A stretch of 64,000 bases of DNA from a virus (lineage: Duplodnaviria; Caudoviricetes). This document shows, in pieces, positions 39,588 through 49,055 of the stretch; the stretch's first letter is position 1; the number at the start of each line of letters is the position of its first letter. The position numbers and the translations under genes were made by a program. The notes beneath the pieces were generated by a model that worked only from the letters and a program-made list of their open reading frames with translations, did not search any database and had not been told where the DNA came from. The DNA lies in IMG/VR virus record IMGVR_UViG_3300029305_001452, positions 1-64,000 of that record; one strand, written 5' to 3'.

Positions 39588-39625
39588 ATACCCCTCACCC
39601 CTCGTGGGTGGGGGGTATTTTTTTT
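39588..39625 (+). terminator. Intrinsic terminator
   Basis: ATACCCCTCACCC/GGGTGGGGGGTAT hairpin plus T8. Confidence 0.8.
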
Positions 39626-39714
39626 GCGAACGGGTAATCCCCACAAACCACACTCACCCACACACATACACACATAGACCGTCACCTATAGGATCCACGA
39701 AAGGAGTAACCACA

Positions 39715-39801
39715 ATGCTAGACACCGTAATCATCATAACCTGCACACTCATAACTCTCGGTACTTACATCTACCTGAAAGCCACCAAGGTTATTTGGTG
39801 A
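39715..39801 (+). CDS. 28-aa single-helix membrane peptide
   Basis: AAGGAG RBS; MLDTVIIITCTLITLGTYIYLKATKVIW. Confidence 0.55.
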   Translation: MLDTVIIITCTLITLGTYIYLKATKVIW

Positions 39802-39902
39802 GCATACAGACCAAGCCCTTGAGCCACCACGGTTCGAGGGTTTTACTGTGTGCTTACACACATATCTTACGGCTGACGAGCCTTAAACGTAGGAGGGATC
39901 CA

Positions 39903-40205
39903 ATGAACGAAAACACCAACTTCAAGACCATGCTCGCTATGATGTGGGATATGCAAAATCCCATCATCACAGTAGAGTTCTTGAGTGAGAAACTGCACTA
40001 TGACGAATACTTTACAACCCATCACATCATCGTCCCCGACGGCAAGGACAAGGTGATAGACTTCTGTTTTGTAGAGGGTAGGCACACCACCAACAACTAT
40101 CTGTACTATACAAAATCCGTAGACATCACACTCGATGAGGCTTTGGTTCGTTATAGCAAAGAGGTGATGAGAGGACAAGCAAAACTTACCCTTTACGGTT
40201 GCTAA
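39903..40205 (+). CDS. Hypothetical early protein
   Basis: AGGAGG RBS before MNENT. Confidence 0.65.
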   Translation: MNENTNFKTMLAMMWDMQNPIITVEFLSEKLHYDEYFTTHHIIVPDGKDKVIDFCFVEGRHTTNNYLYYTKSVDITLDEALVRYSKEVMRGQAKLTLYGC

Positions 40206-40295
40206 GCATAGAGCCAGCGGACATCACTTCGGTGGTGTCCGTCACTGTGTGCTTAACAAAAACTATACTCGCACACGAACAAGGAGGAATTAACC

Positions 40296-40607
40296 ATGAG
40301 TAAACAATCAAGAGCAAAATCAAGAGCAAGACGCAAGGCTAGAGGTACTGGCTCAGCAGCAGCAGCCATGTACATCAGCAATCTGAACCGTATGTCTGAT
40401 GCCAACCACTACTTAGCCAAGGAAGCACTCCTTGACGAACTACACACAGTCCTTTGTGACCGTAGAGTATTCAAGGACAACAAGTTCATGAATATGTTCC
40501 GTGATAACTTCTGGGGTTCTCTTGAGCGTGAGATTGCTATGCACCACAGCAGCAGCCCTAAGCGCATCAAAGCCCTTGAGTTGATTGCACGAATCAGAAT
40601 GTTCTGA
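40296..40607 (+). CDS. Basic hypothetical early protein
   Basis: AAGGAGG RBS; Arg-rich N-terminus. Confidence 0.7.
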   Translation: MSKQSRAKSRARRKARGTGSAAAAMYISNLNRMSDANHYLAKEALLDELHTVLCDRRVFKDNKFMNMFRDNFWGSLEREIAMHHSSSPKRIKALELIARIRMF

Positions 40608-40615
40608 CCACAATA

Positions 40616-40648
40616 AGCCACTATCTACCACGGGTAGTGGCTATTTTT
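40616..40648 (+). terminator. Intrinsic terminator-like hairpin
   Basis: AGCCACTATCT-ACCAC-GGGTAGTGGCT plus T5. Confidence 0.65.
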
Positions 40649-40670
40649 ATGTCTGTTAGGAGGAGTAACT

Positions 40671-40982
40671 ATGTACACTTATCTCGTTGTTTTCGATTGC
40701 TTGGTGATGGCTGAGCCTTTCTTTCAGCACATCAAAGCCGACAGTCTTTCCGAATGTTGGGACAAAGCCTACAAGATGTCCCTTGAAATGCGTGAGTTGT
40801 CTGATGGCAACTTTGAGATTTATCGCCTTATGACCGATGAGGACTATTGTGCTGAGATGCCAGTTAGCAACGATGCACAATGTGATTGTCCCCTTGGCGG
40901 TGACATCACAAACGACTGTGATGGTTGTGCTTATGCTTGTGACTATCACTTTGTTGATGGCGAATGTGTCCGTAGACATTGA
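40671..40982 (+). CDS. Cys-rich hypothetical protein
   Basis: AGGAGG RBS; C.CPLGGD..NDCDGCAY..DYHF.DGEC. Confidence 0.65.
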   Translation: MYTYLVVFDCLVMAEPFFQHIKADSLSECWDKAYKMSLEMRELSDGNFEIYRLMTDEDYCAEMPVSNDAQCDCPLGGDITNDCDGCAYACDYHFVDGECVRRH

Positions 40983-41084
40983 TAGGAGGTGATACAGTAT
41001 GATGCACCATATTCACCACAACTCTTACCGTGTGTCTATATGGCACTTTATCAAATATGTCGTCAACACGAGGAGGCAACAACA

Positions 41085-41279
41085 ATGACAGCTATCCTAT
41101 ATGTGAAAAGACCATTTTGTGAGGTCTTTGACGAAGTCACGAGGGGTCGTGGCTTCAATAATATCCAAGATGCTATCAACCATGCTTGTGACAGTAAACT
41201 CACCAATACTCGATGCGTTTACAAGATCACTATGGCTGAGAGTGGAGCGTCAAAAGTCTTTACGAAGAGTAGGAGGTAA
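41085..41279 (+). CDS. Hypothetical protein
   Basis: GAGGAGG RBS before MTAIL. Confidence 0.55.
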   Translation: MTAILYVKRPFCEVFDEVTRGRGFNNIQDAINHACDSKLTNTRCVYKITMAESGASKVFTKSRR

Positions 41280-41284
41280 CAACA

Positions 41285-41665
41285 ATGACAGTATTTGACC
41301 GTATCAAGATCATGCCCAAGGACGAACTCCAGAAGTTCATCTACTACATCTACCTTTGTGGACACCTCAATGAACAATGTGATGTGGACGATGAGGTGTA
41401 CTACAAGCATGTACTCGATTGTCCTAGTGATGACATCGACAGCCTTATCACTTGGTTTGAAACCCTTGAGCCTGTGAAACTCCACCTCATTCCTCGTGAT
41501 GGTGGTGATCCGTACTACATCGACACCAAGTTCTACTCATTCGATGATGCCGCATCCTACATCAACAAGTATTATCGCTTTGTGACGAGGCTTGCTAATG
41601 GCAAATACACTACAAGTGCAGGAATATTCACCATTGTTCCTTGTAGTTGTAAATTAGCACCATGA
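41285..41665 (+). CDS. Hypothetical protein
   Basis: AGGAGG RBS. Confidence 0.65.
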   Translation: MTVFDRIKIMPKDELQKFIYYIYLCGHLNEQCDVDDEVYYKHVLDCPSDDIDSLITWFETLEPVKLHLIPRDGGDPYYIDTKFYSFDDAASYINKYYRFVTRLANGKYTTSAGIFTIVPCSCKLAP

Positions 41666-41840
41666 GAGGAGGTGATACCAATGTTCAGACATGAAGGCAC
41701 GATGTGTTGTTCCACTTGCTTTGAGGAGATGCACACACTCCTTACAGACAACCAAGGAAACCCCATAGCGTACATCTGCACCAACTGTGGTAAGCTAACC
41801 GATTTAACTGACGAACTGTAACAGAAAGGAAACACAAACT

Positions 41841-42170
41841 ATGAAAATCGTAAAACTGTATGACACCGTCTATGACATTCGTACCTTATACCGTAAGGCA
41901 AATACACCTGCACAGAGAGCTTTGGTAGGCTATATCATCAAGGCAGGTATGACACAAGACACCATTTTCGGTGGAGCATTTCAGCTACTGTGTGATGTGG
42001 AGCGTTGCATGAGTAATGAAACCATCTACACCATTCACAGTTATGTGGATCGTGAAACGGAAAACAAGATTTCCTATGTGGCACAGCTGGCACTCGATGG
42101 TAAGTTTGATGCCTTTACACTTCGTAAGGCAGATATGGATGCCATCGTAAGAAACTTGGCTGATTTCTAA
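41841..42170 (+). CDS. Hypothetical protein
   Basis: AAAGGA RBS. Confidence 0.65.
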   Translation: MKIVKLYDTVYDIRTLYRKANTPAQRALVGYIIKAGMTQDTIFGGAFQLLCDVERCMSNETIYTIHSYVDRETENKISYVAQLALDGKFDAFTLRKADMDAIVRNLADF

Positions 42171-42189
42171 GCGAAAGGAGGGAAATGAA

Positions 42190-42390
42190 ATGTTTGAAGA
42201 ACCTAGCTATAACCCCAGGTGGAACGGAAATGCAAAGAAGTACCTCGAAGCGAAATTGAGAATCCTTACAGACAAGCGAGGTTTCGATATTACTCCAACC
42301 AGAACGGAAATGGAGCATCTGAAAACTCTTAAAACACAAACGCAAATCGATAATGCAATCCTCAGCATCATCGATAGAAGATGGGGGTAA
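42190..42390 (+). CDS. Hypothetical protein
   Basis: AAGGAGG RBS. Confidence 0.6.
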   Translation: MFEEPSYNPRWNGNAKKYLEAKLRILTDKRGFDITPTRTEMEHLKTLKTQTQIDNAILSIIDRRWG

Positions 42391-42395
42391 GGGAA

Positions 42396-42596
42396 ATGCA
42401 AACTGTCGTCTTAATAATTGCCGTGCAAATTATCCTATTCGTCCTGTATGTCCTCATCTGTGGAGCAATTTACCTTTGGCAAGAGATTTGTGCCGACATC
42501 AAAAAGGCAAAGCGTCGTTTACGGCAAGGCATATGGGATCTCGAATGGGAATGGAAACTTTGGAAGAAAGGAGCGATTGAATGGATTACAAAATAG
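42396..42596 (+). CDS. Small membrane protein
   Basis: N-terminal hydrophobic helix. Confidence 0.55.
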   Translation: MQTVVLIIAVQIILFVLYVLICGAIYLWQEICADIKKAKRRLRQGIWDLEWEWKLWKKGAIEWITK

Positions 42597-42715
42597 TCAA
42601 TGTCCGTGGTCATTATGAGGCATATGTCAACGGAAACTTCATATGCTCTGGTGACACTTGGAGCGAAGCCGTAAGGGAGGTTGAAGCATATCTATACGAA
42701 GGGAGATGAACGAAT

Positions 42716-43078
42716 ATGCTTTACAAAGTACGATTCGAGCTAATGGAAATGGTGCAACTTGTATGTGCTGTCAAGTATGCACTTGGTAAGGAACATGACC
42801 ACTTTCTCCAAATCTATGAGTGGAATGTCAAGGGAATTGAGGCACTCAGAAATGTAAGGGAAAAGATCCTTGCAGGTATGCATAACAACTGTGAGGTTGA
42901 ACTTGACCTAATGGAAATCGTGCAACTGTACTCAGCTTGTAGTATGGCTTGGCATCACGAAAAGGACGAAATGGAAAGACAACATACTGAGTGCAGACTT
43001 GAACAATATGCTCGTGCCATAAGCGAACTTGAAATGGCAAGAGAAAAGATACTTGCAGCTATGAAAGGAGCAAGGTAA
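42716..43078 (+). CDS. Two-repeat helical hypothetical protein
   Basis: Internal duplication LMEMVQL..REKILAGM / LMEIVQL..REKILAAM. Confidence 0.65.
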   Translation: MLYKVRFELMEMVQLVCAVKYALGKEHDHFLQIYEWNVKGIEALRNVREKILAGMHNNCEVELDLMEIVQLYSACSMAWHHEKDEMERQHTECRLEQYARAISELEMAREKILAAMKGAR

Positions 43079-43267
43079 ATGATTAGACTTAAGATTGTGT
43101 GTCAAGGCAAAACACTTCTCACAACCTCTTGGCGTCACACACCGAGAATTGGTGAACTAATCCGTATGAACGGAGAACTGTACCTCATAACGGAAATTAT
43201 CCACGATGTTGACATGATGCAGTCCAACCGTGTATATGACATCATTGTTGAGGTGGAAAGGAGATAA
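43079..43267 (+). CDS. Hypothetical protein
   Basis: PRIGE.I....Y.I..I.H pattern. Confidence 0.6.
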   Translation: MIRLKIVCQGKTLLTTSWRHTPRIGELIRMNGELYLITEIIHDVDMMQSNRVYDIIVEVERR

Positions 43268-43272
43268 GGCAA

Positions 43273-43509
43273 ATGAGTAAGTTGTACCCCATCGTTAAGG
43301 AAGCAAAAACAATGTGTGGTTACAAACTACCAGATGACTACAATGGACCAAGGCAAACACTATACTACTGTCCTGTATGCAACCGAAGATTGTCTTGTCA
43401 CAAGGTAGATTATAACGATACCTTGGTGATTCTTCACAACCGTCAACTGAAACCTATTTACTGTCAAGGTTGTGGAAGCTTAATACATCCATTACCTAGA
43501 AAGGAGTAA
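43273..43509 (+). CDS. Zn-ribbon protein
   Basis: CPVC..YCQGCG. Confidence 0.6.
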   Translation: MSKLYPIVKEAKTMCGYKLPDDYNGPRQTLYYCPVCNRRLSCHKVDYNDTLVILHNRQLKPIYCQGCGSLIHPLPRKE

Positions 43510-43718
43510 TGGAAATGGCACTACTGAAAGAGGGAAGTTGCCTCCATCTAGTCAACGACTTTATCTGCACCGAAGGCAAACATCAAAACTACCCTTGTCC
43601 ATACAGAAACGATATCCACAACTGTATATGCTCAATCAAGGTCACAAAGGAAATGGTTGAGCAACTCAAAGAAACCGGATGCGTAAGCATTACTTACGAA
43701 AGGTGGCAAGGCAAATGA
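43509..43718 (+). CDS. Hypothetical protein
   Basis: AAGGAG RBS; coupled. Confidence 0.55.
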   Translation: MEMALLKEGSCLHLVNDFICTEGKHQNYPCPYRNDIHNCICSIKVTKEMVEQLKETGCVSITYERWQGK

Positions 43719-44047
43719 CAAAAAATGAAGCCGAAAAAATTCTCACATATGTTGCAAAAAACATTATTTCTCCACTCGCATTTGACGAAACACCTGCAAG
43801 AGAAGTTTGGTTAAGGTTAAGCGGAGATGACTTTAGTAAGCTATGCAAATTCGTACATGGCATGGTGGAAACAAAAACACGAAAGTTCTTCGACATCGAA
43901 ATAAGGGAAATCATCACCGAGGATGTGCTGAGTGATACACTCGAAGAACTTAAGGAGTGTGATCCTGACACATACGGAGATATCACCCTTGGACAGTATA
44001 TCAACAACTGTCTGACTATCAACAACGGAACTTTAGAGGAGGTATAA
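43715..44047 (+). CDS. Hypothetical protein
   Basis: ATGA overlap with the previous gene. Confidence 0.6.
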   Translation: MTKNEAEKILTYVAKNIISPLAFDETPAREVWLRLSGDDFSKLCKFVHGMVETKTRKFFDIEIREIITEDVLSDTLEELKECDPDTYGDITLGQYINNCLTINNGTLEEV

Positions 44048-44052
44048 GGCAA

Positions 44053-44331
44053 ATGGCAAGATATATCAAATGTGACAACTGTGGTAAAAAAATAAAATTC
44101 GGAGATGTTGCGCTTACGAAAGATTACGATGGTGTATATTGCTCTGATGAGTGTTTTGCAGATGTTTTTTCAAGTGCATTTACTGTAAGCAAAGACTCTG
44201 TGTATGATTTGGATTGCAAAGTCTACGATGACGATGCAAGAAAGGAGGAGATTAAAAGGGAAATGGAAGAACACAAGCAAGCCATAGGAAAATTGCTGAA
44301 AGAGTTTGAACTCTTAACAGCACAAAATTAA
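44053..44331 (+). CDS. Zn-finger protein
   Basis: CDNC..YCSDEC. Confidence 0.6.
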   Translation: MARYIKCDNCGKKIKFGDVALTKDYDGVYCSDECFADVFSSAFTVSKDSVYDLDCKVYDDDARKEEIKREMEEHKQAIGKLLKEFELLTAQN

Positions 44332-44345
44332 CGGAGGTAGTACAA

Positions 44346-45239
44346 ATGGCAACTGTAAAATGCAATCCAAATAACTCGTGTGTTGACTGTAAAAACAACG
44401 GTGTAAACATCAAGATCACAAACAAGTGCAATTGCAACTGTGATTTTTGTGTCGAAAAGGGAGGCTTGGTAACGGAAGAGAAATCCGTTGAAACTCTAAT
44501 TGCAGCAACAAATATGCTCGATTATGACAATGTTCTTATCCTTGGTGGTGAGCCGTTGATGTATGAGCATCTCGAAGAGTACCTAAGTGGTATCACAAAT
44601 AAGAAAATTTATCTCACCACAAACGGAACTATGCTGACAGACGAGATGGCAGAAATGCTTTCCAAGCACCTAACGGCAATCAATATCTCAATGCACCATT
44701 TCACCGAAGAAGCGAACCGACAAGTGTATAAGAATGACAAGTATACATTCCAGAATATTATGTCTGCAATAAGGGTTTTCAATCAACATAATATTCCAGT
44801 TCGTATAAATGCAAACTTGGTCAAGGGAATTTTAGACACCAAGAAAGCAGTTAAGCGAATGATTTATTTTGCACAATTTATGGGTGCAAACTCCATCCGA
44901 TTTGCAGAGTTGCAAAATTGTGAGGAGTTATGGGTTGACTCTTCCAATCTCTTTAAGGATCTTCCCGAGAACCCATATGTTGACGGATGTGAAAAGGTTG
45001 TTTATGAAGAAGATGGCTTCAAGGCAACTGTAAAAATGACCTGTGGATTTGTTAATGCACTCAAAGAAAAACCCAACGACCCTACTCGTAAGCAAACAGA
45101 ACGGAAAGTTATTTATCCAGACGGTGAGGTGCTGAATGGATGGTATAACATTCGTGATGGAGTTGCAATATACCACGGCAAAACACAGCCTACAAGAACT
45201 GTGTATGAGTATGTTAATAGTGTTCAAAGTTGTTATTAA
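44346..45239 (+). CDS. Radical SAM enzyme
   Basis: CNCNCDFC (CxxxCxxC), GGEP, TTNG, INIS motifs. Confidence 0.9.
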   Translation: MATVKCNPNNSCVDCKNNGVNIKITNKCNCNCDFCVEKGGLVTEEKSVETLIAATNMLDYDNVLILGGEPLMYEHLEEYLSGITNKKIYLTTNGTMLTDEMAEMLSKHLTAINISMHHFTEEANRQVYKNDKYTFQNIMSAIRVFNQHNIPVRINANLVKGILDTKKAVKRMIYFAQFMGANSIRFAELQNCEELWVDSSNLFKDLPENPYVDGCEKVVYEEDGFKATVKMTCGFVNALKEKPNDPTRKQTERKVIYPDGEVLNGWYNIRDGVAIYHGKTQPTRTVYEYVNSVQSCY

Positions 45240-45315
45240 GGAGGTGTGACCAATGTATCATACACAAGGCAAATCAACAGTACAAAATTAATAAGCGAAA
45301 GGAAGATGATTTATT

Positions 45316-46890
45316 ATGCTAACAACAAGCGAAAGGAACTATTTACTAAACTCCATGCAAGAGCTACTTGTAGAGTATGATTATGAATACTCTGTAAGTG
45401 CCCTTGAGGATATCATTAACGAGTGGGCTTGTGAAAAGGCAAGTCTTATCCAAGCCTTTAAGAAACACCCCAACTACCTTGAAGGCAAATTTATGATTGC
45501 CTTTGATGCGGACTATGAAAGAACTATCGACAGAACTGCATCTGTAGCGTTCAGCCAATGGCTTAGATATAATGTCATGGGCAAAATGAGAGAAAGTTTA
45601 CCAAGGGAAATCTCTGAGGGTCTTTGTGATTGGGATGTGTTGCCTATGGGCATCTACAACTTCTTCTACTACCTTGAAAACTATGCCGAAAGAACTGTTT
45701 CTGATGGCACAGCCGAATACTTAAATCACTGTGTGCCTAGTCTTCATGTCCATGTAGGTCAAAAGACAAGTCGTGTTGTAAACAAACTTTGCCAATATCT
45801 TGGCTATGACAAGGCAGATGATTACAACAGAGAATTTGCAAAGTATGCAGACTCTCTTAGCCCTATGGTCATCAAGAGGCATACAATTCTGAGCATCAAC
45901 CCTCTTGACTACTTAACTATGTCCTTTGGTAACTCTTGGGCATCTTGCCACACTATTGACAAGGAAAATAAGCGTCGTATGCCTAACAACTACAGCGGTT
46001 GCTATAGCTCTGGAACTATCAGCTATATGCTTGACGGAACTTCTATGGTGCTTTACACAGTAGATGCTTCCTATGACGGAAACGAGTATTGGACTCAACC
46101 GAAAATTAACCGTCAAATGTTCCACTATGGCGAGGATAAACTTGTACAAGCGAGATTATATCCTCAAGATAACGACCGTGATGATAAGGCATATCTTCCT
46201 TACAGAAACATCGTGCAACAAATCATGTCTATAATCTTTGAGTTCCCTAACTTATGGGTGCTTAAGAAAGAGAACTATCCTGCAACTAAGTGTGTATACT
46301 CTCGTGGAACTCACTACCGTGACTACGAGTGCTACAGAAACTGTAATGTATCCTACATCAAGGGAAGTGAAAACACAAATTATATGTATGTTGGTGCCGA
46401 TCCGATTTGCATCGAGTGTGGCGACAGACATAGCGAAAGCGAAAACATCAACTGTTGCAGAACTGGTCATAGATGTGCAGCATGTGGTGAGTGGGTTAAC
46501 GGAGAAGACGAGATTTGGGTTGGTGATGATTGCTACTGTAGAAATTGTGTAGAATACTGTGACCGTTGCCACGAATATCACCGTGGAGAAAGCACATATA
46601 TCGAAAGCGAAGACAGATATGTATGTGAAGACTGTTTAAGAATGTGGTATTCATACTGTGATAGTTGTGGTGAATATGAACACGAAAACAATATGGTATG
46701 GATTGAGTGCGAAGACAGATATGTGTGTGAAGATTGTGCCGATCAATACTATGTATGTTGTGACGACTGTGGTGAGTATTTCCCAAAAGAAAGCGTAAGC
46801 GAATATGATGGTTACTTAATGCTTTGCAACGATTGTTACGATGAAAGAATCGAGCAAGACAAAGAAGACCATAACGAGGACGAAGAATAA
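45316..46890 (+). CDS. Uncharacterised SWASCH-motif protein with C-terminal tandem Zn ribbons
   Basis: SINPLDYLTMSFGNSWASCH core; about 10 CxxC pairs in the C-terminal third. Confidence 0.75.
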   Translation: MLTTSERNYLLNSMQELLVEYDYEYSVSALEDIINEWACEKASLIQAFKKHPNYLEGKFMIAFDADYERTIDRTASVAFSQWLRYNVMGKMRESLPREISEGLCDWDVLPMGIYNFFYYLENYAERTVSDGTAEYLNHCVPSLHVHVGQKTSRVVNKLCQYLGYDKADDYNREFAKYADSLSPMVIKRHTILSINPLDYLTMSFGNSWASCHTIDKENKRRMPNNYSGCYSSGTISYMLDGTSMVLYTVDASYDGNEYWTQPKINRQMFHYGEDKLVQARLYPQDNDRDDKAYLPYRNIVQQIMSIIFEFPNLWVLKKENYPATKCVYSRGTHYRDYECYRNCNVSYIKGSENTNYMYVGADPICIECGDRHSESENINCCRTGHRCAACGEWVNGEDEIWVGDDCYCRNCVEYCDRCHEYHRGESTYIESEDRYVCEDCLRMWYSYCDSCGEYEHENNMVWIECEDRYVCEDCADQYYVCCDDCGEYFPKESVSEYDGYLMLCNDCYDERIEQDKEDHNEDEE

Positions 46891-46913
46891 GTTTTCTAAA
46901 ACAGAAAGGAGAA

Positions 46914-47870
46914 ATGATTATGAACAAAACATTTGAATCCATTTGCAAAATGTCCCAAAAGCAACTTAAGAGCCATGTGGCAAAGGAGTTGGTTAAGACT
47001 CACGAAAAGGTATATGTGGGTGATGGATATGTGTATGCACAAGGCAGTTTCCCTGTGCTTTTGGTTGCCCACTTGGACACAGTACATGATAAACTTCCGT
47101 CTGTAATCCTATACGATGCACACAAGGACAGATATTCAAGCCCTAACGGAATTGGTGGTGATGACCGTTGTGGTGTATATATGATCTTCGAGGTCATCAA
47201 AAAGTTCAACTGCTCTGTGCTATTCTGTGAAGATGAGGAAACAGGTGGAATTGGTGCGAAAAAGTTCATCAAAACAGATTTGGCAAAGGAATTAGAGTTT
47301 AACTATGCCATTGAGTTTGATCGTAAGGGAAATAAAGACGCCGTATTCTACGACTGCGACAACGAAGAATTTGAGGAGTTTATCACAAAGGAGTTCTACG
47401 ACACAGCATTTGGTAGTTTCTCCGACATTTCTACCCTTGCACCGTTTCTGAAGTGTGCAGCCGTAAATCTTTCTTGTGGGTACTACAACGCACACACAAA
47501 GGGAGAATATGTCGTTTTAAAGGAAATGAACGCAAGCATTGAGGCAGCTTGTAAAATCCTTGAGCGTACAACCGAAAAGGATAAGTTTGAATACATTGAA
47601 GCCAAATATACAAGATGGTACAACAACGGTTATTACAGCGGCTTTAACTCCTATGGTGGCTACGGTTATAACGGATATGGGTATTGGAATGGATATGAAG
47701 AAGATTATGACGATTACTTTTATTTCGTAATCGAGTTTGAGAATGCAGGCAAAGTCGACTGGTTTGACACATATGCCTCTTCTGAAGCCGAAGCAATCGG
47801 TCGTTGCCTTATGAGATATCCGAATGTGCCTTACTGTAAAATCCTTGACATTTGTAAGGAAAAGATATAA
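46914..47870 (+). CDS. M28/M20-like Zn-dependent peptidase or hydrolase
   Basis: VAHLDTVH, GGDDRCG, EDEETG, EFDRKG, YNAHT metal ligands. Confidence 0.85.
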   Translation: MIMNKTFESICKMSQKQLKSHVAKELVKTHEKVYVGDGYVYAQGSFPVLLVAHLDTVHDKLPSVILYDAHKDRYSSPNGIGGDDRCGVYMIFEVIKKFNCSVLFCEDEETGGIGAKKFIKTDLAKELEFNYAIEFDRKGNKDAVFYDCDNEEFEEFITKEFYDTAFGSFSDISTLAPFLKCAAVNLSCGYYNAHTKGEYVVLKEMNASIEAACKILERTTEKDKFEYIEAKYTRWYNNGYYSGFNSYGGYGYNGYGYWNGYEEDYDDYFYFVIEFENAGKVDWFDTYASSEAEAIGRCLMRYPNVPYCKILDICKEKI

Positions 47871-47915
47871 GGGGCGTTTATGCCCCTAAAACGAATTAAG
47901 TGAGGTGAAAAACAA

Positions 47916-48248
47916 ATGCCTTATAAAAGCGAAAAGATAAAGCTTGACCCAAGCCAAGATCGTCGTAGAAAGCTGACGGAAGAACAGAAAAAAGAAATCC
48001 GTAGGATTTACAAAACGGGTGTATGTGGCACAAGACCGTTAGCAAAGCAGTTTGGTGTGAGTCGTTCAACTATTCAAGTAATTGTCAACCCAAGTATAGC
48101 CGAAAGGCATAAGAAAAGAATGAAAGAGCATTGGAGGGATTATAAGCCGTCAAAAGAAGAGTGGGCAGCCACAATGAGAGAGCATCGTCACTATAAGCAA
48201 GAACTATATCTCAAGGGAGAACTTAACACTAATAATACGGAGGATTAA
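47916..48248 (+). CDS. HTH DNA-binding protein
   Basis: KLTEEQKKEIR..LAKQFGVSRSTIQ. Confidence 0.75.
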   Translation: MPYKSEKIKLDPSQDRRRKLTEEQKKEIRRIYKTGVCGTRPLAKQFGVSRSTIQVIVNPSIAERHKKRMKEHWRDYKPSKEEWAATMREHRHYKQELYLKGELNTNNTED

Positions 48249-48250
48249 AA

Positions 48251-49039
48251 ATGCAAGTTTTATTGAGAGCGTATAACGGTGAATGTTATGTTTGGAAGCA
48301 GGCAAAATTCAACGGACTTAGATTTGTTGTGGAAAATAATCCAGTACCATATGAGCGGATTGTTTCTGTGCAAAACGATAATAGAAAAAATTATCTTTTG
48401 TGTCCGAGTTGCTTTGAGGTTGTTAAGAGAGATCCGAAAAAGATTGCTCAACATAAAAAGGGACACAACAATTGGAAGAAGTGTCTTACATGTGAATACT
48501 TTTACCCCAATTGTGTGGAAACAATTTCTCGGAAAACCGTAATGAATAAAGATGGCTCGTATACACACAAAGAAATTCACAAGGTTGTACCTCAATGTAC
48601 ATCTAACTCCTATTGGAGTTATGCCAATATTGGTACAGAAGATGCAGAAGGCAAATGTAAATATTGCAACTGTGCAACCACAGAATTACAGGATATTCAC
48701 GACATCTTTACGGATCAGCCAGGTGTGTTCGACGACATTATTACTGTCGATAAGGTTATTGACGCTGGATATACTACAAAATCGAAGTTTAGTGCCTCGT
48801 GTTATGGATACAGGCTAAATGGTCAGAACGACATTGAGGCAATAGTTAACGGCATTAACATTGTTGACCACTTTATTGTAAGGGTATGTGGTAAAAAGTA
48901 TAGGGTGTTTTATTCTAAAAAATACGACAAGCTGTATTGGGCAAACGATGAAGGCAAATATGTAGTATTCAATGGTCGTAACGCCGGTGCAATTGCGTAT
49001 GTCGAAATCAAAGAGCAAATTTCCAAACTGTATAACTAA
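48251..49039 (+). CDS. Cys-rich hypothetical protein
   Basis: GGAGG RBS; several CxxC. Confidence 0.65.
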   Translation: MQVLLRAYNGECYVWKQAKFNGLRFVVENNPVPYERIVSVQNDNRKNYLLCPSCFEVVKRDPKKIAQHKKGHNNWKKCLTCEYFYPNCVETISRKTVMNKDGSYTHKEIHKVVPQCTSNSYWSYANIGTEDAEGKCKYCNCATTELQDIHDIFTDQPGVFDDIITVDKVIDAGYTTKSKFSASCYGYRLNGQNDIEAIVNGINIVDHFIVRVCGKKYRVFYSKKYDKLYWANDEGKYVVFNGRNAGAIAYVEIKEQISKLYN

Positions 49040-49055
49040 ACGGAGGTAAACAAAT

